Source of the DNA: an uncultured Ruficoccus sp.
Lineage (GTDB): Bacteria; Verrucomicrobiota; Verrucomicrobiia; Opitutales; Cerasicoccaceae
DNA length: 64,000 nucleotides
Assembly: GCA_965140785.1 (NCBI GenBank)
Contig: OZ223481.1
Coordinates: forward strand, 192,001 to 256,000
Reading direction: 5' to 3'
Positions 32,534-42,489 of the stretch are shown here, in pieces (within the stretch, counting starts at the first letter, position 1; the number at the start of each line of letters is the position of its first letter). The notes below the pieces were generated by a model. That model was not told the DNA's origin, made no database searches, and saw only the letters and a list, made by a program, of their open reading frames with translations. Position numbers and translations under genes: made by a program.

Positions 32534-33820
32534 TCACCGATCGGTGGCCATGGTCTGGAGGGCGTCTTCGACTTTGTATTTGTTGAGCTTGCGGCGCATG
32601 ACGTCGAGGGCGCGCATGACGGCGCGGACTTTGACGGTGGAGCGTTCACCGGGATAGACCATCTTGACGCACCAGGTGCCGCAGGGGGCATGGTAGCCGA
32701 TGTAGATGGTGCCGACCGGGTTTTCGGCGGTGCCGCCGCTGGGTCCGGCGAAGCCGGTGACGGCCAGTGCGTAGTCGGTGGAGAGGCGTTCGGCGGCGCC
32801 GGTGGCCATGGCCACGGCGGTTTCGGCGCTGACAGCCCCGTGCTGGGCGATGATGCACTCGGGCACGCCGAGCAGCTCCGTCTTGGCGTCGTTGTTGTAG
32901 CAGACGATGCCGCCGGTGAAGACCTTGGAGGCCCCCGAAATGTCGGTAAAAGCGTTCGAGAGCAGGCCGCCGGTACAGGATTCGGCCACGGCGAGGGTTT
33001 TCTCGTCTGCCCGCAGGTGGTCGAAGATGACCCGCGCGATGGTGTCTTCGCCGTAGCAGACGAAGTCTGCCCCGAGGGCCTCGCGGCACTCCTTGGCGAT
33101 GTTCTGCACGGCGCAGCGCGAGTAGTCGCCCTTGCCGCGGCTGAGGCGGACATCGACCATGCCCTGATGGGCGCAGTAGGCCACGCCGAGGCCTTCATAC
33201 TTGTCGAAAATCGGGGTCAGCAGGTGGTCAAGGGCGCTCTCGCCGATGCCCATGGTGCGGATTTGCAGGTAGGCTTCGTCCGTCCGGCAGTAACCCTCGG
33301 CGCACAGCCGGGGAAAGACATGGTCCTCCAGCATGGGGATCATCTCGTTGGCCGGACCGGGGAGCATGGCCAGGCATTTGCCGTCGAGGCGCAGCCAGAT
33401 GCCGGGGGCGGTGCCGTTGGGATTGGGTAAAATTTCCGCGCCCTTGGGCAGGTAACACTGCTTGAGGTTGTTCGGGCTGACGGTGCGGCCCATGCGCTCG
33501 AAGCGGGCGCGGATCGCCTGCTCGATCTCCTCGGCATAGATCAGCTCCAGCCCGAGGACTTCGGCCACGACCTCGCGGGTGTTGTCGTCGCTGGTGGGGC
33601 CGAGGCCGCCGGTGGTGATGATGATGTCCGACTGGTCCCAGCTCTCCTTAAAGAAGCGCCGGATGTCCTCGACCGCGTCGTTGAAACAGACGTTGCGCTG
33701 GAGGTACAGGCCATGCCTGGCAAGCTCCCGGCCGATGTGGGCAAGATGGGTGTTTTCGCGGATGCCGAGCAGGAGCTCGTCGCCGAGATTGAGAAGTTCT
33801 ACACGCGGATTTGACGCCAT
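32534..33820 (-). CDS. cinA: Competence/damage-inducible protein CinA (MoCF-like plus PncC domain)
   Basis: GDELLLG, TGGLGPTSDD.T, GTAPG, AESCTGG, VTGFAGP. Confidence 0.95.
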   Translation of the reverse strand: MASNPRVELLNLGDELLLGIRENTHLAHIGRELARHGLYLQRNVCFNDAVEDIRRFFKESWDQSDIIITTGGLGPTSDDNTREVVAEVLGLELIYAEEIEQAIRARFERMGRTVSPNNLKQCYLPKGAEILPNPNGTAPGIWLRLDGKCLAMLPGPANEMIPMLEDHVFPRLCAEGYCRTDEAYLQIRTMGIGESALDHLLTPIFDKYEGLGVAYCAHQGMVDVRLSRGKGDYSRCAVQNIAKECREALGADFVCYGEDTIARVIFDHLRADEKTLAVAESCTGGLLSNAFTDISGASKVFTGGIVCYNNDAKTELLGVPECIIAQHGAVSAETAVAMATGAAERLSTDYALAVTGFAGPSGGTAENPVGTIYIGYHAPCGTWCVKMVYPGERSTVKVRAVMRALDVMRRKLNKYKVEDALQTMATDR

Positions 33821-33950
33821 GGGTATTTACGGGTTCAGTCGGGCCCAGGGCATCTGGATTCAAAACGATCGTCACGCCGGTGCGAATGTATCTTGAAAAC
33901 AGGCGGCTTAGCCTGACTATTGCTTACTAGATTAACGCAGACCCTTCCAA

Positions 33951-35483
33951 ATGCCAACCCCGCAACCCAAGAAAAAATTAAACGAGACCGTGCGGCACCT
34001 GCCGCACCGGCCCGGCGTGTACCTGATGAAGGACCGGGTCGGGACGGTTTTGTATGTGGGCAAGGCCAAGGATTTGAAGAAAAGGGTCAGCACCTACTTC
34101 CAGCCCTCGCGCAAGCGCCAGATCGCCCAGCCCAAGGTCACCGCGATGATCGGGCTGGTCCACGACGTGGAGACGATTGAGGTCAAATCCGAGACCGAGG
34201 CCCTGCTGCTGGAGGGCCGCTTGATCAAGGAGTACAGGCCCAAGTACAACACCGACTTTACCGACAACAAGCAGTTCCTGCTCGTGCGGGTGGACATCAA
34301 CGCCGAGCTGCCGCGCTTCCGCCTGACCCGCAACCGCAAGGACGACGGCGCCCGCTACTTCGGGCCCTTTGTCCACGCCGGGCTTTTGCGCAAAACCCTG
34401 GCCCAGATGCGGGTCAAGTTCGGCATCCTCCTGGGGGACGCTTCTCCCGTGCGCCTGCCTGATGGCCGCTGGCTGCGCTACGACGACGCCCGGGCCGAGA
34501 TCTACCGCGCCACCGAGCCGGTCAGCTCCGAGGAGTACCGGGAAAAGGTCGAGGAGGCTTGCGGCTTTCTCGATGGCAAATCCCGCGAGTGGCTGGCGAA
34601 GCTGAAGGAGAGAATGGCCGCCGCCGCCGAGGCCCGCGACTACGAGAAGGCCGCCGAGCTGCGCGACCAGGTCCAGGCCATGGAGGCGACGCTGGAGCGC
34701 GCCCGGCGTTTCACCCGGACCACACTTCCCCTGCCGGACGCCCCGGCCCAGGCCATGGGAGCGCTTCAGGCCGCGCTCGGCCTGCCCGAACTGCCCCGGC
34801 ACATGGAGTGCTTCGACATTTCGCATATCTCCGGCTCCTTCGTCGTTGCCTCGATGGCCTACTTCGCCGACGGCAAGCCCGACCGCGCCCAGAACCGCCG
34901 TTACCGGATCAAGAGTTTCGTGGGCAACGACGACTTCCGCGCGATGGAGGAGGTGGTGGGTCGCCGCTACCTGCGCCTGAAAAACGAGGGCCGACGCTTC
35001 CCCGATCTGGTCGTGATCGACGGCGGGCAGGGGCAGGTCCACGCCGCCATGAAGGCCTTCCTCTTCCACGAGCTGGAGATGCCGCCGCTCATCGGCCTGG
35101 CGAAAAAGGAAGAGACGATCATTTTCGCCGACGGGCGCGAGCCGCTCAATCTCCCGCACCACGATCCGGGCCTGCGCCTGCTCCAGCGCCTGCGCGACGA
35201 GTCCCACCGCCTGGCCAACTCCTACAACGCCCAACTGCGCTCGCGCCGCATCCGCGAGACCATCCTGGACGAATTCGAGGGCTTGGGTCCGGTCCGCCGC
35301 AAGGCCCTGCTCGACCACTTCGGCTCGCTCGAACGCCTGCGCAAGGCTGCCCCTGAAGACCTCCAGCAGGTCGAGGGCATCGGCCCCAAACTCGCCGCCG
35401 CGCTCCATGCGTTCCTGCGTCGCCAGCCGTCCGCCGAGTCCACGCAAAAGGGGAACCTTTCGGCTCCCCTTCGTTTGCACTAG
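33951..35483 (+). CDS. uvrC: Excinuclease ABC subunit C
   Basis: GIY-YIG PGVYLM..YVGKA, YFGPF, UVR domain, ECFDISH, DGGQGQ, RDESHR, HhH motifs. Confidence 0.96.
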   Translation: MPTPQPKKKLNETVRHLPHRPGVYLMKDRVGTVLYVGKAKDLKKRVSTYFQPSRKRQIAQPKVTAMIGLVHDVETIEVKSETEALLLEGRLIKEYRPKYNTDFTDNKQFLLVRVDINAELPRFRLTRNRKDDGARYFGPFVHAGLLRKTLAQMRVKFGILLGDASPVRLPDGRWLRYDDARAEIYRATEPVSSEEYREKVEEACGFLDGKSREWLAKLKERMAAAAEARDYEKAAELRDQVQAMEATLERARRFTRTTLPLPDAPAQAMGALQAALGLPELPRHMECFDISHISGSFVVASMAYFADGKPDRAQNRRYRIKSFVGNDDFRAMEEVVGRRYLRLKNEGRRFPDLVVIDGGQGQVHAAMKAFLFHELEMPPLIGLAKKEETIIFADGREPLNLPHHDPGLRLLQRLRDESHRLANSYNAQLRSRRIRETILDEFEGLGPVRRKALLDHFGSLERLRKAAPEDLQQVEGIGPKLAAALHAFLRRQPSAESTQKGNLSAPLRLH

Positions 35484-35508
35484 AAAATGATGTTGGGTGT
35501 GGAAAAGC

Positions 35509-36246
35509 TCAGGCGGCCTTGCGCTCGCCGCGCAGCCGGCGCCAGGCCAGCGCACCCATCCCGGCCGCAGCCATCAGCCAGATGCCGTCGGCAGGTTCGG
35601 GGACGGCGGTCAAGGTGCCGCGGATCATGTCGGTGCCACTACCGGCGAAGCGGATGATGAAGTGGTAGTTCGTATTGGTGGAGTCGTTCGGGAAGAACGT
35701 TTCGCCCAGCACGGGGAAGGCGATATTGGCGTTCGGGTAGGCGGCATCGTTGCCGAGGACCATGTCATAGGGCTGAGCATCGCTGTAGAAGTTGAACTCG
35801 ATGCTGGAAACTTCGTAGGAGCCGACATCCGGCGCGGTCACCGAGTCGGGCGCAACACCTTCGTTGAAGGTGAAAGTCACCTGGTCGAAACCGGAGAAAG
35901 CGTCACTGTTGGTATTGGTGACATTGATCTCGCCGCTGAGGTTGCTGACGCTCTGGAAGGCGGCATCGTACCAGCCGTCAACGGTGACGGAGCCGTTGCT
36001 GACCGCGTCGCGGTAGCTACCCGTGCTCTGGTAGAAGGAAGAGCGGTTGGGATTGTACACTGTCACGCTCGTATCTACATCCATGCTGATGTTAAGCAAA
36101 TCGCCCACCGAAAAATAGCTGCTCAGGCTGCTGGAGACGTAGTTCAGCTCACCGCTGAAGCGCCAGGCTTGGGTTTCCGCGAGGGCGGTGCCGAGCGAGG
36201 CGGTGAAAAACAGGACAGAGGCATAAGTTTTCTTCATGGTAGACAT
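35509..36246 (-). CDS. PEP-CTERM surface protein
   Basis: Signal peptide MKKTYASVLFF..ALA; C-terminal VPEPA + TM + WRRLR. Confidence 0.9.
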   Translation of the reverse strand: MSTMKKTYASVLFFTASLGTALAETQAWRFSGELNYVSSSLSSYFSVGDLLNISMDVDTSVTVYNPNRSSFYQSTGSYRDAVSNGSVTVDGWYDAAFQSVSNLSGEINVTNTNSDAFSGFDQVTFTFNEGVAPDSVTAPDVGSYEVSSIEFNFYSDAQPYDMVLGNDAAYPNANIAFPVLGETFFPNDSTNTNYHFIIRFAGSGTDMIRGTLTAVPEPADGIWLMAAAGMGALAWRRLRGERKAA

Positions 36247-36534
36247 AAGTATGATTGGGTGCCGTGACCCTAGAAACGGGGTTGCCGCTGTCAATCGTGA
36301 AAGGCGTTGATGTTTAGACAATAATGACAGTGACCGACGGGCTTGCCTATACCGTGGGACGCCGGGCACACCGACAATGGCCTTCACGTGGTCAACTCGG
36401 CCTGATTGGTGTTTTGGCGTTATCTACAAGGTTTACCGGACGGGATTCTAAGGCATTAGGGCGGCAGTGGCATAAGGTTTCTTTGTTTAAAGGATGTGTT
36501 GTGAAAAATAAATTTATAGCCTGAACTAGTTGAC

Positions 36535-36723
36535 ATGCGAGTCGTCATCAAGGGCAAGCACGACCTATCTCTGCTCAACAACGTGGCCTGCGAAGCCCCC
36601 GCTACCCCGAAGCTGTTGCCCACCGCGCGCAGTTACTCGACAGCGCGGGGACTGCTCGCCGAGGCCGGATGCGCCGGCGGTAAAGGCGGCCGCTCTTTTT
36701 TCGGTCGCCTTCTGCGCCGCTGA
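36535..36723 (+). CDS. Possible small protein (62 aa)
   Basis: ATG ORF after an AT-rich promoter-like tract; basic amphipathic C-terminus. Confidence 0.4.
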   Translation: MRVVIKGKHDLSLLNNVACEAPATPKLLPTARSYSTARGLLAEAGCAGGKGGRSFFGRLLRR

Positions 36724-36818
36724 GGCACGGACAGGGCATCATCCCTCCCGGATTCCCGCCGCCAGAAAAGCATCTGCGCCTCTTGCGTCCGCATGGGCTC
36801 TGCGCTAGACTGCGGCTT

Positions 36819-37330
36819 ATGAAAAACCCGTTGTTGATCCTCGCCGGCATTCTTGGCCTCACCAGCACCACTCAGGCCGAACCCCTCAAGGTCGGCGATC
36901 CCGCCCCGACCGTTGTCGCCGTTGATCAGGACGGCCAGGAGGTGGACCTGGGGTAATATTTACGCCAAGGGGACGACACTGGTGTACTTTTACCCGAAGG
37001 CCGATACCCCCGGCTGTACCGCTCAGGCCTGCAGCCTGCGGGACGCCTATGAGGAACTGACCGACGCCGGGGTGACCGTGGTTGGCGTGAGCATGGACTC
37101 AGTAGCCGCGCAGCAAAAATTCAAGCAGAAGTACGACCTGCCCTTCATTCTCAATCGCCGATCCCGACGGGAAGGTGGCGGAAGCCTTTGGCGTGCCCAA
37201 TCGAATGGGCTTTGCCGCGCGGCAGGCCTACCTCATCCGCGACGGCAAGGTCGTCTGGCTCGATTACAAGGCCTCGACCAAGCAGCAGGCGCAGGATGCC
37301 TTGGCGGCGCTCAAGTCGCTGGAGGGGTAG
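36819..37330 (+). CDS. bcp: Exported peroxiredoxin (BCP/PrxQ type) with two +1 frameshifts
   Basis: Signal peptide, LKVGDPAP, YFYPKADTPGCTAQAC; extra bases at ~36953 (G run) and ~37153 break the frame. Confidence 0.85.
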
Positions 37331-37387
37331 CGGTTGTTTTTAACAGCGAAGCAGGGCTACGCTGCGGACGTTTTGCAAGACTGACAC

Positions 37388-37666
37388 TCAGGCTCGGCAG
37401 AAGAAATAGTAATAGGTCAGGCCCGCCATCGCCAAGCTGAAGACCAGCGACGTTGCCCCTAGGATGCGTCCGTATAAAACGATTGTTCGCTGATTGCCGC
37501 CATTGAAATCCTCCGGGTGTTCATTGGTCAGATTATAGACCAGACGCTCATAGCGCTCCAGCAGCACCTCTTGGCTGGTCAGGATCAGGTGCAGGCCCAC
37601 CACGGCTGAGATCAACACCAGCGCTGGAAATGCCAAATACGGCACGAACTTGAAAACCAATCCCAT
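37388..37666 (-). CDS. Small two-TM hypothetical protein
   Basis: 92 aa; resembles the neighbour at 37839. Confidence 0.7.
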   Translation of the reverse strand: MGLVFKFVPYLAFPALVLISAVVGLHLILTSQEVLLERYERLVYNLTNEHPEDFNGGNQRTIVLYGRILGATSLVFSLAMAGLTYYYFFCRA

Positions 37667-37838
37667 AGCAGACGAGGCTGGGAAAATAGGGCATAAAGCC
37701 TTGGTTCTTCAAGATAAAACCCTAAAGGATTAATAATCTTGGCGGCGTTAGTAAATAATGGAACACGTCTGCGTTACCAACTGACACGGCGTGCCGCTTG
37801 TTTATGGCAATTGCCGGAGCTTATCCGGCGCCTGATTT

Positions 37839-38087
37839 TCAGACCACGACGTAGTAAATCACGCCCACGCTGAACAGCAGCAGGAGGATGCCGACAGCCT
37901 TGAGGCGCCAGATGATCCGTGGCATGTCGTGAAAGTCCTCGTCCTTGAGCGGCTGCATGGTCCGCGCCAATTGGTAATTCTGATACTTCACCGTCAGTTT
38001 GTCGGAATTAGCCAGCACGAGGTAAAATCCCAGCGAAGCTGGAACACCGATCAAGATAGCAACAAATATCCAAAACAGCCCTTCCAT
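37839..38087 (-). CDS. Small two-TM hypothetical protein
   Basis: 82 aa; resembles the neighbour at 37388. Confidence 0.7.
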   Translation of the reverse strand: MEGLFWIFVAILIGVPASLGFYLVLANSDKLTVKYQNYQLARTMQPLKDEDFHDMPRIIWRLKAVGILLLLFSVGVIYYVVV

Positions 38088-38304
38088 AAAAAATCCTCGG
38101 TAGCAAAGTAATCTTAGCAGTATATTTGAGATTCAGACTCGACTTTAGGTATGGGTTTCGAGATAAATTTAAACTGTATTTTTCAAAAAAGTAACCAGAA
38201 CGTACAAAAGTATCACATTTTTACATTTTCTTCATTGGCGGCTTTTTTTCTAAAAAAAATTCAAATGAGGGATTGACTTTCCGAAATAAACAATTCTATA
38301 GGCA

Positions 38305-38413
38305 GTATAAACTTTTTACGACTTCTCCTACGGGAGATGGGGTAACAAGCAACGAGATAAAGTAGAAAACAAATGGCGGAGCGTTTAGGGGTAGGCGCTC
38401 CGCCTTCATTTTA
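38305..38413 (+). ncRNA. Candidate small RNA or leader
   Basis: TTGACT upstream, a UACG-tetraloop hairpin, an A-rich linker and a strong terminator-like hairpin inside a divergent intergenic region. Confidence 0.4.
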
Positions 38414-38473
38414 TCTGGTCGGAACGACCCCGCCGCGCCTGAGCCGCCACCGCGAGAAAGACTTGTTAAGGGT

Positions 38474-39037
38474 ATGTCCGGGCCGCAATCGAAGAGATAT
38501 GTAGCCTTGCTCCGCGGCATCAATGTCGGCGGAAAAAACAAAATCGAGATGAAGCGCCTCAGGCGCACGTTCGAGCGGGCGGGAATGAGCGCAGTCGCCA
38601 CCTATATCAACTCGGGCAACGTTATTTTCAATGACCGGGGCAGGCCCCGCGTCGAACTGTCCGCCCGGCTGGAGAAGGCTGTCGCTGCGGACTTCGGGCT
38701 GGAGGTGCCCGTTCTGCTGCGCACCCGGGAGGAGATCGACGCCGTTCATGCGGCTCTGCCACCGGACTGGAGTAATGACAGTGCGATGAAGTGCGACGTG
38801 CTCTTTCTATGGGAGGAGATTGATAATCCCGATGTGCTGGATCAGCTCCCGCTCAAGCCGGAGTTGGTAACCGTTCGTTATCTGCCGGGGACGGTCCTCG
38901 TCGGTATGGACCGGGCGCATGTGGCCCGCAGCGGCTTGAACCGCCTGGTGGGCTCCTCCCTCTATCGGGCGATGACGATTCGCAACGTTAACACCCTCCG
39001 GCGTATTCACGGCCTCTTGGCGGAGCAGGAGCAATAA
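38474..39037 (+). CDS. DUF1697-family protein
   Basis: YVALLRGINVGGKNKIEM, TYINSGNVIF, TIRNVNT. Confidence 0.9.
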   Translation: MSGPQSKRYVALLRGINVGGKNKIEMKRLRRTFERAGMSAVATYINSGNVIFNDRGRPRVELSARLEKAVAADFGLEVPVLLRTREEIDAVHAALPPDWSNDSAMKCDVLFLWEEIDNPDVLDQLPLKPELVTVRYLPGTVLVGMDRAHVARSGLNRLVGSSLYRAMTIRNVNTLRRIHGLLAEQEQ

Positions 39038-39094
39038 TCTCTGGCGGCCCGTCACAGGAGAGGGTTCCCTTTTGAGGAAAGGGCGCTCCGTACC

Positions 39095-40074
39095 TCAATA
39101 CGCCTGGCGCAGCTGTTCCCAGCGCTCTTTCTGCGCGTCGGTCTTGGCCGGGGGGACGGTGACCATGATGATCACGTAAAGGTCGCCCCGCGAACCATCC
39201 GCTTTTTTCATCCCCAGGCCTTTCAGCCGCAGGCGGCGTCCGGAGGGCGAACCCGCCGGTACCGTCACGGCCACGCGCTCCTTGAGCGTGGGCACGGTGT
39301 GCTTGGCGCCCAGCGCGGCATCCCAGGGCATCACCTCCAGCTCGTATTCGAGATCGGCTCCGGCCACGCGAAAATCAGGATGGCGCTCCAGCTTGACCGT
39401 GAGCAGGAGGGTCTCCCGCCGGTCCGCCATTGTGGCCGGGCTGGCCCTTGCCAGCCAGGCGGATTTGCTGACCTTCGCGCACGCCTTCGGGCACGCGGAC
39501 GCGGAGCTTTTCGGTGCGGGTGTCGCCGCTGGGGGCCGGATGCTTCAGGCTGATCTCACGGCTTGAGCCGTTGTTGGCCTCTTCCAGCGAGACAAGCAGG
39601 TCCGCCGTCAGGTCGGCTCCGCGCCGGGGGCGGGTCGCCCCTCCGCCAAAGCCTCCGCCGTCGGCGAAGTCCTGGTAGTCGAAGCCGCCGCCGCGCCCTC
39701 CTCGGGAGCCGAACATGTGCTCGAAAAAGTCGCTGAAGCCCGTCCCGCCGAAGTGGAAGTCGCGGGCACCGCCCCCGCCGCCGGTACTGAAGCGCAACAC
39801 CGCCGGGCCCGCCCCAGCCGGGCGGCGGGGTGAAGTTGGCTCCGGCCTGCCAGTTACTGCCCAGCGCGTCGTACTTTTCGCGCTTTTCGGGGTCGCTGAG
39901 CACCTCGTAGGCCTCGTTGAGCTCCTTGAACTTGGTTTCGGCGGCTTCCTTATCCTTGGCATGGTCGGGGTGGTGTTCCCGGGCCAGCTTGCGGAACGCC
40001 TTTTTGATCTCATCCTGGGTGGCCTCACGGCTCACGCCCAGCACTTCGTAGTAATCTCGGTAACGCACGGACAC
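39095..40074 (-). CDS. CbpA-like DnaJ-class co-chaperone (no zinc finger), frameshifted
   Basis: [13 protein letters not shown]-domain, GFSDFFE, IRLAGKG, LRLKGLG..GDLY; frame breaks at ~39800 and ~39415. Confidence 0.88.
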
Positions 40075-40075
40075 C

Positions 40076-40091
40076 TGTTCAATGTGAAACA
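40076..40091. promoter_or_regulatory. Degenerate parS-like site
   Basis: TGTTCAATGTGAAACA, 2 mismatches to TGTTCCACGTGAAACA. Confidence 0.4.
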
Positions 40092-40234
40092 ATTTTGTCG
40101 TAGAATCAACTGCGCCTTTGAGAGTTATTAAAGCAAACCCCGTGGAGAGGATAGTTGGAGTCGGGCCAACCTTCAAAGGCTCAAACTTTATAAAAGATTG
40201 CCCACCGGAGGGCGGTCTTGTCATAGTCGGGCCC

Positions 40235-41329
40235 ATGTCTGCACCGGCCTTCACCTTCATCTGCGGGGACGACGATTTTCTCGTCGGCCAGGAGGGCCGG
40301 GCGCTTTTTGCCGAGAAAACCCGCGACCTGGCGGACGACTTTTCCAAGGAAACGGTCGAGGCCACCACGCAGAACGTGGGTGAGGTCGAGGAGGCGGTCA
40401 ACCGCTTCCGTGACGCCGCGCAGACGCTCTCCATGTTCGGGGATAAAAAGGTCGTCTGGCTCAAGGACGTGAATTTCCTGGCTGACTCCGTCACCGGTCG
40501 GGCCGAGGGCACGAAAAAGCTGGTCGAGGACCTGCAAAGTGTCCTCGAAGGGCTGGACCCGGCCGGGATCGAGGTCATCATCACCGCCTTTCCGGTGGAC
40601 CGCCGCCGCAAAGAGTTCAAGTGGTTCCAGAAGGCCGCCGACTTTCGCGACCTTAAAGGGGCCGGCGACGAGGACTCGCTCATCGAGCTGGCCCGCGCCG
40701 AGGCCGCCGGGCTCAAGGCCAACTTCACCCTGCGCGGGGCCGCCGCCCTCGTGGCCAAGGTGCAGGGCAATACCCGCCTCATCCTGGAGGAGACCCGCAA
40801 GCTCGCCACCTACGTCGGTCTGGACGGCCAAATCGACGAGAGCCACGTGACCGAGCTCGTCCCGGCTTTCGGCGAAGGGGACTTCTTCGAAGCCGCCGAG
40901 GCCTTTTTCTCGCTCAATCTGGGCTGGACTCTGGAGGCCCTGCGTCGCCACTTCTTTACCAACTCCGAGGCCCGTCCGCTCATTGCCTCGATGCAGAACC
41001 GCAATCGGCTCATGATCCAACTGCGCGTGATGATGGACGGGGGCGACCTGCGGCTGAGCCCACGCGGCTTCGCCAAGCCCGAGTTCGAGCGCGCCGCCCG
41101 CGCCTACGCCAAGCACTTCGGCGGCTTCGACACCAAGGCCTCCTTCAATGTTTTTACCCAGAACCTCTGGTACCTGGGCAACAAGATCGCCCCCAGCGCC
41201 AAGCCCCTCACCCTCAAGCGCCTGATCGACTTCCAGCTCGAGTTCATGCGCGCCTTCGAGGACCTCATCCGCCGCTCCACCGACCAGGAGGCCGTCATGC
41301 GCGACCTCGCCATCCGCTGCCTCTCCTAG
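40235..41329 (+). CDS. holA: DNA polymerase III delta subunit
   Basis: [29 protein letters not shown], size and helical C-terminus. Confidence 0.85.
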   Translation: MSAPAFTFICGDDDFLVGQEGRALFAEKTRDLADDFSKETVEATTQNVGEVEEAVNRFRDAAQTLSMFGDKKVVWLKDVNFLADSVTGRAEGTKKLVEDLQSVLEGLDPAGIEVIITAFPVDRRRKEFKWFQKAADFRDLKGAGDEDSLIELARAEAAGLKANFTLRGAAALVAKVQGNTRLILEETRKLATYVGLDGQIDESHVTELVPAFGEGDFFEAAEAFFSLNLGWTLEALRRHFFTNSEARPLIASMQNRNRLMIQLRVMMDGGDLRLSPRGFAKPEFERAARAYAKHFGGFDTKASFNVFTQNLWYLGNKIAPSAKPLTLKRLIDFQLEFMRAFEDLIRRSTDQEAVMRDLAIRCLS

Positions 41330-41435
41330 GCGGGTTGCACCCGCTGGCAATGAGGGGCTGCGCCCCTACGGTGCGTGACCGCACTGGACATAAAGGGGCT
41401 GCGCCCCTACGCCGCCAGAAAGGCGGCTACCCCGG
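41330..41435 (+). repeat. REP-like multi-hairpin element, family 1 (long copy)
   Basis: gcgggttgcacccgc..tgaggggctgcgcccctacggtgcgtgaccgcactggacataaaggggctgcgcccctacgccgccagaaaggcggctaccccgg. Confidence 0.9.
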
Positions 41436-41520
41436 AGAGCCACGATTTTTCGAATCAGTAAGAAAGCCGCGGCGTTGCGTGCCGGATTTCGATTCTTTCG
41501 GGCGGGGGAGCGCAGGTTCG

Positions 41521-42120
41521 CTACAAGAGCATCCAGAGAATGTACCGGTTGCCGTCGATCGTGAGCCATTCGGAGTCGTCGATCCCAACCGCCCGGACAT
41601 GGTCGAAGGGGTGGTTGCGTTTGAGGGCGGTCTCGATGACGAGGCGGTTGCTGCCCGTGCTCTCGGTGCGCAGGTCCAGTAACTGGACCCCGGCCTTGAT
41701 CCGCAGGAAATCCCCGCCCAGCGCGGGCTCGGGGCTGAGTTTTATGTCCGTTACGCTGAGCACATAATCCTCAAAAGTCGTGACGACGGTGTCGCAGCCC
41801 GGCCCGACAAGCACGGACAGCCGGACCGGCTTACCCGCGATGATCGCCTCAAGACCGATGAGGACATTGTCCGCTGTCTTGTATTTTGCCAGCAGCGGAT
41901 CGTTCAGGATGGGGTTGGCCTGGAGCAGTTCGCGCAGCTTGGGCCGGACGTTGCGCAGATCCAGGCGGTCGAGGGTGGGCTTGGGCGCGTACTGCACCAG
42001 CTCTTCGAGGATGCCGTCGCTGGAGGCGGGGCTTGCCGGTGCCTCCGGCGCGAAACTGTCGTCGGCGTGCAGGCCGCACGCGGCCAGCAGCAGCAAAAGG
42101 GTCATCAAGGGGCGGTACAT
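41521..42120 (-). CDS. Secreted hypothetical protein
   Basis: Signal peptide MYRPLMTLLLLLAACGLHA. Confidence 0.75.
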   Translation of the reverse strand: MYRPLMTLLLLLAACGLHADDSFAPEAPASPASSDGILEELVQYAPKPTLDRLDLRNVRPKLRELLQANPILNDPLLAKYKTADNVLIGLEAIIAGKPVRLSVLVGPGCDTVVTTFEDYVLSVTDIKLSPEPALGGDFLRIKAGVQLLDLRTESTGSNRLVIETALKRNHPFDHVRAVGIDDSEWLTIDGNRYILWMLL

Positions 42121-42144
42121 AACTCGGGCGATGGGCGAGGATAA

Positions 42145-42310
42145 TAGGCCACGTGGACAAAATAGCTCATGTCGCCCCCTTTGGCGCTTTTAGCCCCCAA
42201 ATCCATGTCCTCAGCTCGACAATTCGGCAAATTGCCTCGCTTCGAAACCTGAATTTCGGGCTCAAAAATCGCCTTCGGTTGCTCGTTCCGTATTTTGTCC
42301 ACGCGGCCTA
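42145..42310. mobile_element. MITE-like non-autonomous element (166 bp)
   Basis: Ends TAGGCCACGTGGACAAAATA and TATTTTGTCCACGCGGCCTA form a 19/20 inverted repeat with TA at both ends; no transposase. Confidence 0.75.
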
Positions 42311-42489
42311 GGGTTATCCCCGGTTTATTCAGAAATGAAAGGGCGAAGCTTTCACGCTGACGCATCCTCCGCCGGGCGACGAACTTTTTTTGTGCCTCTG
42401 GCCAGGGAACTCCGTTTCCGTCCTCGCTGGCAACGAGCCGCCGATGTGTAGTTAAAAACGGATACGCAAGCCTCTCTGCACTCTCGCCC

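Noticed and set aside
38325..38336. CTCCTACGGGAG, identical to part of a conserved 16S rRNA helix
   Set aside because: Only 12 nt; the flanks are not rRNA-like. Treated as a UNCG hairpin.
41351..41435. Repeat-spacer-repeat pattern as a mini-CRISPR
   Set aside because: Only two short palindromes, the 'spacer' is the same in other copies, and there are no cas genes; REP-like instead.
42147..42160. GGCCACGTGGACAA as a parS site
   Set aside because: Only the CCACGTGG core matches; better explained as the MITE terminal repeat.
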